Assembly: GCA_050733915.1 (NCBI GenBank)
Contig: JBOHUH010000017.1
Span: 1-62,395, forward strand
Length of the DNA stretch: 62,395 nucleotides
DNA from: Candidatus Dormibacteria bacterium
GTDB lineage: Bacteria > Chloroflexota > Dormibacteria > Aeolococcales > Bog-877
Direction of reading: 5' to 3'
In this document: positions 53,150 to 62,395 of the stretch, piece by piece
Layout: the number at the start of each line of letters is the position of its first letter
Position numbering within the stretch: position 1 is the first letter of the stretch
The notes under the pieces: generated by a model
Database searches by the model: none
What the model saw: only the letters and a program-made list of their open reading frames with translations
Told to the model about the DNA's origin: nothing
Translations under genes and position numbers: made by a program

Positions 53150-53640
53150 AGCCGGGGCTCCTCGGTCACCCGCCGGCGGCGGTTGAGACCGAGGGCCAAC
53201 CCCAGCGGGATGATTACCCCGAGAAACCCGGTCACCACCGCGATCCCATCGGGCAGGTGGCGGGGGTTGGCCATCCCGACGTAGGAGAAGATCGAGGAGA
53301 GGAACGCGGTCACCAGGATTGCCGTGATCGCGCCGATCAGCACCCAGGTGCCGTTCTCCGGACGGCTGATCACGAAGGCAGGCCAGCGGTTGCGGACGTA
53401 GCGGTAGACGTTGATCGCGGTGAGGCTGTTGAGGATCAGCGCGCTGATGAAGGCGCTAACCGCGACCCCCCAGCGGAAGGCACCCAGCTGGGAGATCACC
53501 CAGGCCGAGAAGTTGACCACCAGCAATCCCATCGGGGTGGCCAGGCCGATCACCGGCAGGATGCAGGTGCGCCAATCCTCGGGCAGCGGGATGAAGAGCC
53601 CGTTCTGGACCGGACCTCGGCTGCGCCGGATCCGGCTCAC
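53146..53640 (-). CDS. Hypothetical four-TM membrane protein
   Basis: 164 aa with four clear hydrophobic helices and G/C-rich third positions. Its stop shares a CTAG with the convergent rpiA stop. No family recognised. Confidence 0.55.
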   Translation of the reverse strand: MSRIRRSRGPVQNGLFIPLPEDWRTCILPVIGLATPMGLLVVNFSAWVISQLGAFRWGVAVSAFISALILNSLTAINVYRYVRNRWPAFVISRPENGTWVLIGAITAILVTAFLSSIFSYVGMANPRHLPDGIAVVTGFLGVIIPLGLALGLNRRRRVTEEPRL

Positions 53641-53763
53641 CCGTCCGGCACCGTTCCTTTCCGTGCCTACGTCTCCTCAGCTCGGGTTGGACGCGAGCAT
53701 TGTGACCAGTTCACTGGCGGGGGAGCTCCAGATCCGCTGGAACCGGGATGATGACCAGCGCCC

Positions 53764-54942
53764 ATGGACCTGATCGACCTCCTCATCATCGCCGCCCTGC
53801 TCTACGCCGGAATCAGAGGCTACCGGAGAGGCTTCAGCTACTCCGTGCTCTCCCTCCTTGGGCTGTTGGCCGGGATCGCACTGGGGGCCTGGCTGGCCAC
53901 CTCGGTGCCCCCCCTCCTCCACAACCTCTCGGTGACCGTGCGCTCTGGGATAGCCATTGGTCTGCTGCTGGCCCTGGCGCTGCTGGGGGACGGCGTCGGC
54001 ACCTGGCTCGGACTGCGCCTTCGGCTCAGCACCATCCGCACCCACCTGGGGCTGCTCGACTCCCTGCTCGGGGTGGCCTGGGGACTACTGGTGGTGCTGG
54101 TCGCCAGCTGGTACCTGGGTCTGACCTTCGCCGCCGGGCCCTGGCCGCCGCTCTCGGCCCAGATCCAAAAGTCCGCGGTACTGCACCACCTAGCCGATCA
54201 GTTCCCCGAGGACCCCACCTGGCTGGGAGAGCTCCAGCACATCTTCAGCGCGGTCCCCTTCCCTGAGGTCTTCGCCAATCTGATCCCGCCCCTCCCGGCC
54301 CCGGTGGCCGTGCCCGCCTCGCTGGCGAACCAGCCCGCGGTGACTGCCGCCGCCGCCGAGACGGTCAAGGTGGTCAGTGTGGGCTGCGGGGGACTCCTCG
54401 AGGGCAGCGGCTTCCCGATCGCCCCAGGGATGATCCTCACCAACGCCCACGTGGTGGCGGGGAGCCACGGATCGCGGGTCCTGGTGCCCGGTCAGGCGGA
54501 TTCGCTGGCTGGCGAGGTGGTGTTCTTCGACCCCCGCCGCGATGTGGCGCTGCTCCGGGTCCCCGGCCTCACCCTCGCGCCGCTGCCCATCTCCACCACC
54601 GGCACCCGAGCTACCCAGGGAGCCGTCATCGGCTATCCCCAAGGTGGGCCCGAGCAGGTGGCTCCGGGGGCGATCCGGGGGGAGCTGGACGCGGTGGGCC
54701 GGGACATCTACTCCAGCGCGACGGTGAGCCGGGAGATCTTCGTTCTCCAGGCCACCGTCATCCCGGGGAACTCCGGCGGCCCCTTCGTCAACCTGAAGGG
54801 CCAGGTCCTGGGGGTGGTCTTCGCCAAGTCGTTGGTGGTGAGCGACGAGGGTTACGCCCTCACCGCCTCGGAGATCCTCCCCGACATCGCCAAGGGCGAG
54901 AGCCGGAGCGCCGCGGTGTCCACCCGAGCGTGCGTCGACTGA
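53764..54942 (+). CDS. CvpA-domain membrane-anchored trypsin-like serine protease (MarP/Rv3671c-like)
   Basis: N-terminal CvpA-type TM helices (MDLIDLLIIAALLYAGIRGYRRGF) and a C-terminal chymotrypsin-fold triad context: LTNAHVV, DVALLRV, GNSGGPFVN. Confidence 0.85.
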   Translation: MDLIDLLIIAALLYAGIRGYRRGFSYSVLSLLGLLAGIALGAWLATSVPPLLHNLSVTVRSGIAIGLLLALALLGDGVGTWLGLRLRLSTIRTHLGLLDSLLGVAWGLLVVLVASWYLGLTFAAGPWPPLSAQIQKSAVLHHLADQFPEDPTWLGELQHIFSAVPFPEVFANLIPPLPAPVAVPASLANQPAVTAAAAETVKVVSVGCGGLLEGSGFPIAPGMILTNAHVVAGSHGSRVLVPGQADSLAGEVVFFDPRRDVALLRVPGLTLAPLPISTTGTRATQGAVIGYPQGGPEQVAPGAIRGELDAVGRDIYSSATVSREIFVLQATVIPGNSGGPFVNLKGQVLGVVFAKSLVVSDEGYALTASEILPDIAKGESRSAAVSTRACVD

Positions 54943-54967
54943 GGCCCGCGGGAGACCCCTGCCCGCC

Positions 54968-55777
54968 CTAGTCCGAGCTGGGCTCGGAACCTGAGGGGGA
55001 CGCGACCGGGGCGGCCCCCACCGCGTGGTAGCCGCCGTCGACGTGAATGATCTCGCCGGTGGTGGCCGGGAAGTAATCGGAGAGCAGGGCCACGCTGGCG
55101 CGCCCGATCGGCTCGGAGTCCCTGGCGTCCCATCCCAGTGGCGCCTGGCGCTGGAAGACCTCGGGGAAGGCAGGGAATCCGGGGATCCCCTTGGCGGACG
55201 TGGTGTAGACCGGGCCCGCCGAGATTGCGTTTACCCGGATCCGGCGCGGACCCAGGTATTGCGCCAGATAGCGGACCACCGCCTCCAGCGCCGCCTTGGA
55301 GACACCCATCCAGTCATAGCCGGGCCAGGCCTGGCTGGCGTCGAAGTCGAGGGTGACCACGCTGCCCCCCGCCTCCGGCAGCAGCGGCTCCAGCGCCACC
55401 ACCAGCTGCTTCAGGGAGTAGGCGCTGGTGCGCAAGGCGGTGGCGGCGGCCTCCCAGGGAGTGCTGAGGAAGGCACCTCCCAAGGCCTCCGCGGGCGCGA
55501 AGGCGACCCCGTGGACGATGCCGTCGGGCCGCCATCGGCGTCGGGCCAGCTGCTCCGCCAGAGTGACGAAGTCTTGGTCCTTGGTTACGTCCAGCTCCAG
55601 GATCTCCGGTTTGGGCGAGAGTCGGGCCGCGCTGCGCGCGGTGAGCCGCATCGCCCGGCCGAACGAGGTGAGCACCACCTCGGCGCCGTCCGCCTGCGCC
55701 TGGCGGGCCACCGCGAAGGGCAGCGACGAGGGAGTCAGGACCCCGGTGACCAGGACCCGCTTGCCGGTTAGCAGCAT
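54968..55777 (-). CDS. fabI: Enoyl-[acyl-carrier-protein] reductase (NADH), InhA/FabI type
   Basis: The N-terminus LLTGKRVLVTGVLTPSSLPFAVARQAQADGAEVVLTSFGR closely parallels mycobacterial InhA. The Tyr/Lys active-site region YDWMGVSKAALE is present. Confidence 0.9.
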   Translation of the reverse strand: MLLTGKRVLVTGVLTPSSLPFAVARQAQADGAEVVLTSFGRAMRLTARSAARLSPKPEILELDVTKDQDFVTLAEQLARRRWRPDGIVHGVAFAPAEALGGAFLSTPWEAAATALRTSAYSLKQLVVALEPLLPEAGGSVVTLDFDASQAWPGYDWMGVSKAALEAVVRYLAQYLGPRRIRVNAISAGPVYTTSAKGIPGFPAFPEVFQRQAPLGWDARDSEPIGRASVALLSDYFPATTGEIIHVDGGYHAVGAAPVASPSGSEPSSD

Positions 55778-55865
55778 GGGAGGCAGGTTACCTCCCCCGA
55801 CGACCCGTCCGGGGCCGGACTTGACCTGACGTCCCTCTCAGCTGGGGCTTGTACAATCCGGCCGC

Positions 55866-56915
55866 ATGCCTGCCGGGACCAGGCCACGGCGCCGCCGCGC
55901 CGGGCTCAAGTCACATCAGTCGTCCTTCCTCTGGGGCCGGCGCCGGATGCTAGTGGCCGCGCTGCTGGTCGTCGGCTTCGGCCTCTCAGGGGTTAGTGGC
56001 GTCGTCGCCTACTTCCTACCCGCCATCGCGGCGGCCCTCAACGCGACCGGGCAGCCCGCCCAAGGGAACGGCCCGCACCCGGTGGACACCCCCAGCACGG
56101 CTCCTCTCTCCAACTCCAACCAGCCCTTCAACGTGCTCCTGCTGGGCTCGGACAATGACACCAAGTTCCAGGCCGACGACGTCCTCACCCAGACCATGAT
56201 CCTGGTCCGGATCAATCCCCAGACCAAGTCAGTGGTGATGTTCTCCATCCCCCGTGACCTCTGGGTTCCCATCGGGGACACCCAGTCCGAGGCCAAGATC
56301 GATGCCGCCTACTCCGACGGCGGCGCCGCCGAGGCCATCGCGACGGTGGAGAACAACTTTGACGTCAGCGTGAACTACTGGGTCTGGATCGGCCTGGGCG
56401 GCCTGGTGCAGGTTGTCAACGACCTGCACCAGGTCAACATCGTGGCTCAGATGCCCATCCTGGACGACGAATACCCCAACGACCTCACCGGCAACAACCC
56501 CTACCAGCAGGCTCGGATCGCCATCCTCCCCGGCCCTCAGCGGGTCGATGGGGTGGTCGCCCTGGAATACGCCCGCTCCCGCCACGGCAGCGTGCTCTCG
56601 GACATCAGCCGCTCCCAGAAGCAGCAGCAGCTCCTGCTGGACATCAAGGCCTCCGCCAACGACATCGGCCTCGCCGACGTGCCCAGCGTCGCCGGGGCCC
56701 TGGGCAACTCGGTCAAGACCGACATGAGCGTCAGCCAGGTGACCGGGCTGCTGCCTCTGGCCCAGGCGGTCAGCGACGGCAAGGTGAAGCAGGTGATCAT
56801 GACCGGCTCTCCCTACCTCACCTCACCCACGTACCAGATTGACGGTCAGGACGTGCTCCTGCCTGACTGGTCGGCGATTCACAGCCTGGTGGCCCAGTAC
56901 TTCCCCACCACATGA
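55866..56915 (+). CDS. LytR-CpsA-Psr (LCP) family cell-envelope phosphotransferase
   Basis: TM anchor followed by FNVLLLGSDND...TQTMILVRINP...VMFSIPRDLWVPI, the LCP signature. Confidence 0.9.
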   Translation: MPAGTRPRRRRAGLKSHQSSFLWGRRRMLVAALLVVGFGLSGVSGVVAYFLPAIAAALNATGQPAQGNGPHPVDTPSTAPLSNSNQPFNVLLLGSDNDTKFQADDVLTQTMILVRINPQTKSVVMFSIPRDLWVPIGDTQSEAKIDAAYSDGGAAEAIATVENNFDVSVNYWVWIGLGGLVQVVNDLHQVNIVAQMPILDDEYPNDLTGNNPYQQARIAILPGPQRVDGVVALEYARSRHGSVLSDISRSQKQQQLLLDIKASANDIGLADVPSVAGALGNSVKTDMSVSQVTGLLPLAQAVSDGKVKQVIMTGSPYLTSPTYQIDGQDVLLPDWSAIHSLVAQYFPTT

Positions 56916-57952
56916 GGCGCCTGCTGCCCATCTTGGCGATGCTCGGGGTGATGGCCCTCTTCGGCTTCGGGGTCTACTCGGTGCTGGGGACGCTCAAGAG
57001 CAACAAGCACCTCAGCCAGAAGCCCACCCAATCCCAGGCCCTGGTGGCGCTCGCGGGCACCGTGGACGTGGTCCAGGACGGTGCCATCTACAGCCTCCAC
57101 GGCCTGAACTTCACCAAGCTCAACGCCCCCGCGTACGACTGGGTTCAGGTGGCGCCAGCCCCCGCTGGCGACATCCTGGCGGTCGCCTACGCCAGCATGT
57201 ACACCAACGTCTACCTGCTCAACGCTCAGGGCCAGGTGGTGCGCCAGCTGCTCTCGAACAGCTCCTCTTACTACTTCAACAACCACTGGGCCTACTACCC
57301 CCGGGTCAGCCCCAACGGCGCCAGTCTTTTCTACGCCGCCGACTGGTACGAGCCGGGGAACCAGTACAACGTCGACTTCCAGATCCAGGCGGTGCCCTTC
57401 TCCGACCCCGCGGCCAACCCGGTGGTCTGGAGCGAGGCCGGCCTCTACTACCAGGGCGGAGACGTGGATCCGATCCCGCTGGCCAACGGGGCGCTCATCT
57501 ACACCAAGTACGACGTCAACACCGCCGCCGGCAGCGACCAGGGCGACACCTACGGCCAGTTGGCCTATGCCGCCTACCCCGGAGCTCTCCCCACCCTCCT
57601 CACCACCGCGGCCGAGGACTGCGGCGAGCCCGCGCTCTCCCCCAGCGGTACCGAGATCGCCATGGTCTGTAGCAGCAACGCCCAGCAGACCACCACCTTG
57701 GACGTGGCCAGCTGGAACGGGACCAGCCTCGGCCCCCTGGTCACCATCTGCAGCGGCCCCGAGCCGGCCAGCCCCACCTGGTCCCCCGATGGCAAGGGCG
57801 TCCTCTACCTCAACACCCTGCTCAGCGACAAGTCCTCACCCTTCCAGCTCTGGTGGGTACCCAACGCCACCTCACCCAAGCCCCGCCCCGCCCAGCAGGT
57901 GACCCAGGACCTCAACTTCACCGCCACCTCGCCACCGCTGTGGACCTCGTGA
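56912..57952 (+). CDS. Membrane-anchored TolB-like beta-propeller protein
   Basis: The ATG overlaps the LCP stop (ATGA). It has an N-terminal TM segment and repeated SPNGASLFY / SPSGTEIAMV / WSPDGKGVLYL blades typical of TolB/WD40-like periplasmic propellers. Confidence 0.65.
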   Translation: MRRLLPILAMLGVMALFGFGVYSVLGTLKSNKHLSQKPTQSQALVALAGTVDVVQDGAIYSLHGLNFTKLNAPAYDWVQVAPAPAGDILAVAYASMYTNVYLLNAQGQVVRQLLSNSSSYYFNNHWAYYPRVSPNGASLFYAADWYEPGNQYNVDFQIQAVPFSDPAANPVVWSEAGLYYQGGDVDPIPLANGALIYTKYDVNTAAGSDQGDTYGQLAYAAYPGALPTLLTTAAEDCGEPALSPSGTEIAMVCSSNAQQTTTLDVASWNGTSLGPLVTICSGPEPASPTWSPDGKGVLYLNTLLSDKSSPFQLWWVPNATSPKPRPAQQVTQDLNFTATSPPLWTS

Positions 57953-57980
57953 CCCCGGCCGGCTCTCTCCGGCTCGAGCC

Positions 57981-60605
57981 TTAGCGACCGGCCCGCGGCG
58001 GTCTCCAGGGAGAGCGCAACTCCTGGACCATGAGCGCCGCCAGGGCGGTCCACCCGGTCTGATGGGAAGCCCCGTGGCCGGCACCGGTCTCGCCGTCGAA
58101 GTACTCATGGAAGAGCAGGTTGTCGCGCCACTTGGGGTCGGTCTGGAACTTCTCCAGCTGGCCGTACACCGGGCGCCGGCCTGCGCGGTCGCGGCGGAAG
58201 ATGGAGACTGCCCGCTGGGCCAGGGAGTCCCCGATCCGACCCAGCGTGACCCGGGGACCATCGGGATGCGGGAAGGGGTGGGTAACCGAGGGCCCCAGCC
58301 CGGTGCCCAACAGGCGCAGGGCCTGGACCAGGAGGTAGGTGGTGGGAAACCACACCGGCCCGCGCCAGTTGGAGTTGCCACCATAGATACGCTCCTGAGA
58401 CACCCCCGGCTCGTAGCGGACCGGGGGCATCTCCGGCAGCAGGCGACTCTGGAAGGGCTGTCTCAGGTGGCTCTTGGAGAGCGACCGGGGACCGTGCTCC
58501 GAGAGGAACTCCAAGGGGTCGAGCAGGCGGTCCAGGAGGCGCCCCAGGCGCTCCGGCCCCACCAGGCTGAGGCAGGCGTACGGGTCGTCGCCACGGGCGG
58601 AGCGGTAGTGCAGGACGCCGAGCTCAGCGGCCTCGTCGAGGACCTGGCTGAGTCGGGGCAGCCGGGCCAGAGTGTGCCGGTGGACCACCTCGCTGGCGGT
58701 CAGGGGCATCAGGCCCACCAGACTGCGCACCCGCAGCTGCTCGGTGCGCCCGTCGGCCAGCCGCAGCACGTCGTAGTAGAAACCATCCTTCTCGTCCCAG
58801 AGCCCCGGCTGGCCGCCCCGGCCGTTGAGGGCGGTGGCGATCCGGACGTAGTGCGAGAAGAAGCGGATCGCCATGTTCTCGTACTGCGGCTCCTCGATGG
58901 CCAGCTCTGCCGCCATCCGGAACATCTTGACCACCAGCATCCCCATCCAGGCGGTGGCGTCCGCCTCGGAGATGCTGGCCCCCGCTGGCAGGTGGCTGCG
59001 ATCCACCGCCGAGATGTTGTCGAGACCCAGAAAACCGCCGGAGAAGATGTCGTTGCCCAGCGGGTCATGGCGGTTGACCCACCAGCCATAGTTGAAGAGC
59101 AGCGCTAGGAACGCCTGCTCCAGGAACGCCCGGTCAGGCACTCCGGTGCGGTTGCGGTCGGCGATGAAGATATGCCAGGCGGCCAGCACCGCGGTGGGCG
59201 GGTTGCAGTCCGAGAAGGCCCACTCGTAGGCGGGAACCTGGCCGTCCTCTCGCAGGTAGCGGGGCTGCAGCAGCAGCAGCACCTGCTCTTTGGCGAGGGC
59301 CACATCCAGTGGCTCCAGCGCCAGCGCGTGAAAGGCCAGGTCCCAGCTCGCGAACCAGGGATACTCCCAGCTGTCTGGCATGACCATGACGTCGGCCGCC
59401 CTCAGTCCGTCCCAGCGTTGGTTGCGCCCTTGGGCGTGCTGGGGCGGTGGCGCTGGCCGGCCAGGATCACCCGCCAGCCAGCGGGCGACGTCGTACTCGT
59501 AGTACTGCTGGGTCCAGAGCAGGCCCGAGAAAGCCTGGCGCTGGGTCAGCCGGTCGTCGGCGTCGCCGCTGGGACAGAGCGCCTGGTAGAAGCGGTCCGC
59601 CGCCGCCCTCCGCTCACCACAGATAGCGTCCACCCGGCTGGCGGCTCCCTCACCTCCTGCCCCCCAGGTGAGCCGGAGCACGGTTGACTCGCCGGGCTCC
59701 TGCTGGATGCGGTAGTGGGCGGCCGCCTTGGTGCCTCGGAGCTCTGGATTGCAGCGCCCCGGATCCGCCTGGACCACCGCGTCCCCGATGGCGTCCTTGG
59801 GGAAGCGACTGGCATTCGGAGAGCCGAAGAGCAATTCGCTGTTGGTCTCGTTGTCGCAGAGGAGCCAGTCACATCCGCTCTCGGCGCGGAGGCGGTAGTT
59901 GGCGAAGTCGGGCAGTCCGGTGAGCTCGAGAACCCCATCCTGCACGCGCAGCTGGGGTGGCTCGCCGCGGGGCTCCTGCCAAGCCCAGGTGTTGCGCAGC
60001 CAAAGATGGGGCAGGAGGTGCAGCTCGGCCGGTTCCGAGCTCTCGTTGGTCACGCTCAGCCGCCAGGCGACCAGCCCGTCCCGGTCCTGGGCATACTCCA
60101 CCTCCACCGTCCAGTAACGGTCAGCCTCGAAGGCGCCGAGTGGCAGCAGGCCGAGCTCCGGCCCCGGGACCGCGTTCCGGGCCCTGAGCTGTTCGTAGGG
60201 GAAGGGCGCCATCGGATAGCGGTAGAGAGCACGCAGGTAGCTGCCGTCGGGCAGGGCGTCCAGATAGTGCCAGTACTCCTTGACGTCCTCGCCATGGTTG
60301 CCCTCGGCGTTGGACAGCCCGAATGCCCGCTCCTTGAGGATGGGATCTTGGCCATTCCAGAGGGCGAAGGCGAGACAGACCAGCTGGTGGTCGTCGCAGA
60401 TGCCCAGCAGACCATCCTCGCCCCAGCGATAGGCGCGGCTGCGCGACTGTTCGAAGGGCAGGTAGGCCCAGGAGTCACCGTCCGCGCTGTAGTCCTCACG
60501 GACCGTGCCCCACTGCCGCATCGAGAGAAAGGGTCCCCAGCGAGGGCCTCGGCCCTGGTCTGCCGACCCGCTTACCGTGCTTGCGGGCGGCTGGCTCTCT
60601 GGCAC
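57981..60605 (-). CDS. GH63-like (alpha/alpha)6-barrel glucosidase (MGH1-like glycoside hydrolase)
   Basis: The large conserved N-terminal block WGPFLSMRQWGTVREDYSADGDSWAYLPFEQSRSRAYRWGEDGL...NHGEDVKEYW and the C-terminal barrel (WFASWDLAF, GGFLGLDN, GNSNWRGPVWFP, YFDGETG) resemble bacterial GH63-family glucosidases. GTG 60605 has GGGAGA 8 nt upstream. The track ORF start at 60908 overlaps the kinase gene. Confidence 0.8.
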   Translation of the reverse strand: MPESQPPASTVSGSADQGRGPRWGPFLSMRQWGTVREDYSADGDSWAYLPFEQSRSRAYRWGEDGLLGICDDHQLVCLAFALWNGQDPILKERAFGLSNAEGNHGEDVKEYWHYLDALPDGSYLRALYRYPMAPFPYEQLRARNAVPGPELGLLPLGAFEADRYWTVEVEYAQDRDGLVAWRLSVTNESSEPAELHLLPHLWLRNTWAWQEPRGEPPQLRVQDGVLELTGLPDFANYRLRAESGCDWLLCDNETNSELLFGSPNASRFPKDAIGDAVVQADPGRCNPELRGTKAAAHYRIQQEPGESTVLRLTWGAGGEGAASRVDAICGERRAAADRFYQALCPSGDADDRLTQRQAFSGLLWTQQYYEYDVARWLAGDPGRPAPPPQHAQGRNQRWDGLRAADVMVMPDSWEYPWFASWDLAFHALALEPLDVALAKEQVLLLLQPRYLREDGQVPAYEWAFSDCNPPTAVLAAWHIFIADRNRTGVPDRAFLEQAFLALLFNYGWWVNRHDPLGNDIFSGGFLGLDNISAVDRSHLPAGASISEADATAWMGMLVVKMFRMAAELAIEEPQYENMAIRFFSHYVRIATALNGRGGQPGLWDEKDGFYYDVLRLADGRTEQLRVRSLVGLMPLTASEVVHRHTLARLPRLSQVLDEAAELGVLHYRSARGDDPYACLSLVGPERLGRLLDRLLDPLEFLSEHGPRSLSKSHLRQPFQSRLLPEMPPVRYEPGVSQERIYGGNSNWRGPVWFPTTYLLVQALRLLGTGLGPSVTHPFPHPDGPRVTLGRIGDSLAQRAVSIFRRDRAGRRPVYGQLEKFQTDPKWRDNLLFHEYFDGETGAGHGASHQTGWTALAALMVQELRSPWRPPRAGR

Positions 60606-60657
60606 CTTGGGATTCTCCCATCTCGCCCCGGGATAAGAAGCCGCCCGGAGGCCGTCC

Positions 60658-62070
60658 TCAGGTGGCCGGGGCGGGCTTGACCGCACCCTCCGCGCCCGCC
60701 AACGGCAGGCGGACCGAGAAGGTGGCCCCGCCCCCGGGGGTGGGATCGAGGCGCAGAACACCGCGGTGCGCGGCCACGATGGCCGAGACGATGGCCAGGC
60801 CCAGCCCCGAACCGCCGTGCTCCCGGCCGCGGGAGCGATCGGCGCGTACAAACCTCTCGAATATCCGGGTCGCCACCTCGGGGTCGACCCCCGGGCCGTG
60901 GTCGGCAACCTTGAGTACCGCCGCGTCCGCCTCTTGCTCCACTGAGATCTCGATGGCGGTCTGAGCCGGGGTGTGGACGGTGGCGTTGCGGATCAGGTTG
61001 CCGGCCACCTGGCGCAGTCGGGCCTCGTCCCCGATCACCACCACCGGTTCTGGGGCACTCACCCGGATCGGATGGTGGCGGTCGGCCACCGAGGCGTCGG
61101 CGACCGCGTCCACCGCCAACTGGGAGATGTCCACCGTCCGCTTCTCCAGCGGCCGACCCTCGTCGAGCCTGGCCAGCAGCAGGAGATCGTCCACCAGCTG
61201 GCTCATCCGAGCCGACTCGCTCTCGATCCGGCTCATCGCCTTGTCCAGGTCCCCGGGGCGCTGGCGGGCGCCGTGGCGGAAGAGCTCGGCGTACCCCCGG
61301 ATGGCGCTGAGCGGGGTTCTCAACTCGTGCGAGGCATCGGCCATGAACTGACGCATCCGGGCCTCCGAGGCGGCCCTCGCCCCGAAGGCCTGCTCGATCT
61401 GGCTGAGCATCTCGTTGAGGCTGGCGGCCAGCTGGCCCACCTCGGTGTTGGGGTTGCCGGCCTCGACTCGCTGGGTGAGGTCGCCGTCGGCGATGGCCCG
61501 GGCGGTGACCCGGATGCGGGCCAGGGGCTGCAGCCCCAGCTGGACGATCCACCAGGCCAGGGCGGCCATCCCCAGCAGGACTCCCGCGCCGACCAGGATC
61601 TCCAGGAAGCGGAGTTGGTTGAGTGTCTGGTCGACGTAGGTGAGGGGTAGCCCGAGCACCAGGTTGACCCCCTGCTCGTTGGTGGGCGCCAAGAGCAGGC
61701 GGAACTCGCCGCCCCCCTTGGAGGCGGGCACCGTCATGTAGCGAAATCCGGACAGCGGGGACCGGCCCAACCCGGGGGGCAGCTGGGGTACCGGCGCTCC
61801 ATTGCTGAAGGAGGCGGAGAAGGAGCCGCCCGTGCCCACCAGCTCGCCCCAGCTGCCGCTGGGGACAGTGGGGCTGCCGCGGCGCAGGAGACCGGTGCGC
61901 TGCTCGAAGGCCAGGTCGCCGGCGACCTGGCTGGCGACGCTGTTCGCCTGCTGGTCGATCTGCTGACTCAAGGTGGACTGCAGCACCAGGTAGGTGACCG
62001 CATCGGTAACCCCAAGGCCGATCACCACCAGCGCCATCAGGCCTAGGAGCAGCCGCAGGCGCAGCGACAT
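60658..62070 (-). CDS. Sensor histidine kinase (two TM, HAMP, HisKA, HATPase_c)
   Basis: ATG 62070 lies 1 nt after the regulator stop. H-box FMADASHELRTPLSAIRGY, N-box LIRNATVHTP, G-boxes DHGPGV and GGSGLGLAIV. Confidence 0.9.
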   Translation of the reverse strand: MSLRLRLLLGLMALVVIGLGVTDAVTYLVLQSTLSQQIDQQANSVASQVAGDLAFEQRTGLLRRGSPTVPSGSWGELVGTGGSFSASFSNGAPVPQLPPGLGRSPLSGFRYMTVPASKGGGEFRLLLAPTNEQGVNLVLGLPLTYVDQTLNQLRFLEILVGAGVLLGMAALAWWIVQLGLQPLARIRVTARAIADGDLTQRVEAGNPNTEVGQLAASLNEMLSQIEQAFGARAASEARMRQFMADASHELRTPLSAIRGYAELFRHGARQRPGDLDKAMSRIESESARMSQLVDDLLLLARLDEGRPLEKRTVDISQLAVDAVADASVADRHHPIRVSAPEPVVVIGDEARLRQVAGNLIRNATVHTPAQTAIEISVEQEADAAVLKVADHGPGVDPEVATRIFERFVRADRSRGREHGGSGLGLAIVSAIVAAHRGVLRLDPTPGGGATFSVRLPLAGAEGAVKPAPAT

Positions 62071-62071
62071 G

Positions 62072-62395
62072 TCAGGCTCGGGGCAGCCGCAGCACGTACC
62101 CCATCCCACGGACTGTGTGGATGAGGGGCGGCTCCTTGCGATCGACCTTCTTGCGCAGGTAGCTGACGTAGGTTTCCAGGATGCCGGCGTCACCGCCGAA
62201 GTCGTACTTCCAAACGTGGTCCAGGATCTGGGCCCGGGTGAGCACCCGCCGGGCATTGATCAGCAGGTAGCGCAGGAGCCGGTACTCGGTCGCGGTCAGC
62301 TCCACCAAGTCTCCTCCACGCCGCACCTCGAGCAGATCCTCGTCCATCTCGAGATCGGCGAACGAGAGCACCGTGTGGCTCTCCGACTGATGCCC
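62072..62395 (-). CDS. OmpR-family response regulator, C-terminal part (the gene runs off the right edge)
   Basis: Winged-helix effector domain LTATEYRLLRYLLINARRVLTRAQILDHVW...YVSYLRKKVD...IHTVRGMGYVL. The frame stays open to the window end. Confidence 0.85.
   Translation of the reverse strand, partial: GHQSESHTVLSFADLEMDEDLLEVRRGGDLVELTATEYRLLRYLLINARRVLTRAQILDHVWKYDFGGDAGILETYVSYLRKKVDRKEPPLIHTVRGMGYVLRLPRA

Noticed and set aside
60606-60908. N-terminal 101-codon extension of the GH63-like ORF (track ORF 57981-60908).
   Set aside because: The extension overlaps the 3' end of the histidine kinase gene in another frame and is Arg/Pro-rich. Conservation starts after the GTG at 60605, which has a GGGAGA ribosome-binding site.
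1-62395. Searched by eye for CRISPR arrays, long tandem or inverted repeats, IS elements, integrases, toxin-antitoxin pairs and phage or defence-island genes.
   Set aside because: No regularly spaced repeats and no transposase, integrase or recombinase-like ORFs were found. The only repeats seen are two short direct repeats in intergenic regions, reported above. A computational repeat search would be needed to exclude diverged repeats.

Overview
This window is very GC-rich DNA (third codon positions are almost uniformly G/C) whose gene content looks like an actinobacterial-type chromosome. All family assignments are motif recognition by eye; no searches were run. I can support about 55 protein-coding genes, nearly all with recognisable family motifs, plus a few regulatory and repeat elements. 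I saw no rRNA, tRNA, CRISPR array, transposase, integrase or phage-like gene.

Gene order, left to right:
- partial MFS permease, then ftsH
- an SOS-controlled imuA'-imuB operon with an extra translationally coupled small ORF
- HU-like protein, SDR, SCP2
- TetR plus an AdnA/AdnB-type helicase-nuclease pair
- FAH hydrolase, aldehyde dehydrogenase, flavoprotein disulfide reductase
- ppdK, then an ABC exporter
- a gene-free gap of about 600 nt
- an accessory cluster: cupin, PIG-L deacetylase, clan GH-A glycosidase, ICMT methyltransferase, VOC
- glyQS, S51 peptidase, cysS fused to a GT2 glycosyltransferase
- recO, corC, prs, glmU, crotonase, nth
- a cupredoxin lipoprotein, a second lipoprotein, a ClC channel
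- a six-gene respiratory operon
- holA, rpsT, ispE, a lipoprotein, ppk1, PPOX, rpiA, a membrane protein
- MarP-like protease, InhA-like FabI, LCP, TolB-like protein, GH63-like glucosidase
- a histidine kinase / OmpR-type regulator pair that runs off the right edge

The stand-out is the minus-strand operon at 41125-46176. A Rieske protein and a cytochrome b sit between two paralogous CydA-like (cytochrome bd superfamily) membrane proteins that lack a Q-loop. The operon has no cytochrome c and no CydB, which suggests a hybrid bc/bd-type respiratory module.

Other points worth a second look:
- a stand-alone Trp-rich ORF coupled to imuB, possibly a split ImuB C-terminus
- a textbook LexA-box promoter for imuA'
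- the CysRS-GT2 fusion
- two unusually long non-coding gaps
- a probable non-canonical CTG start for adnA

Many long ORFs in the six-frame track are antisense or out-of-frame shadows typical of high-GC DNA and are not reported as genes.
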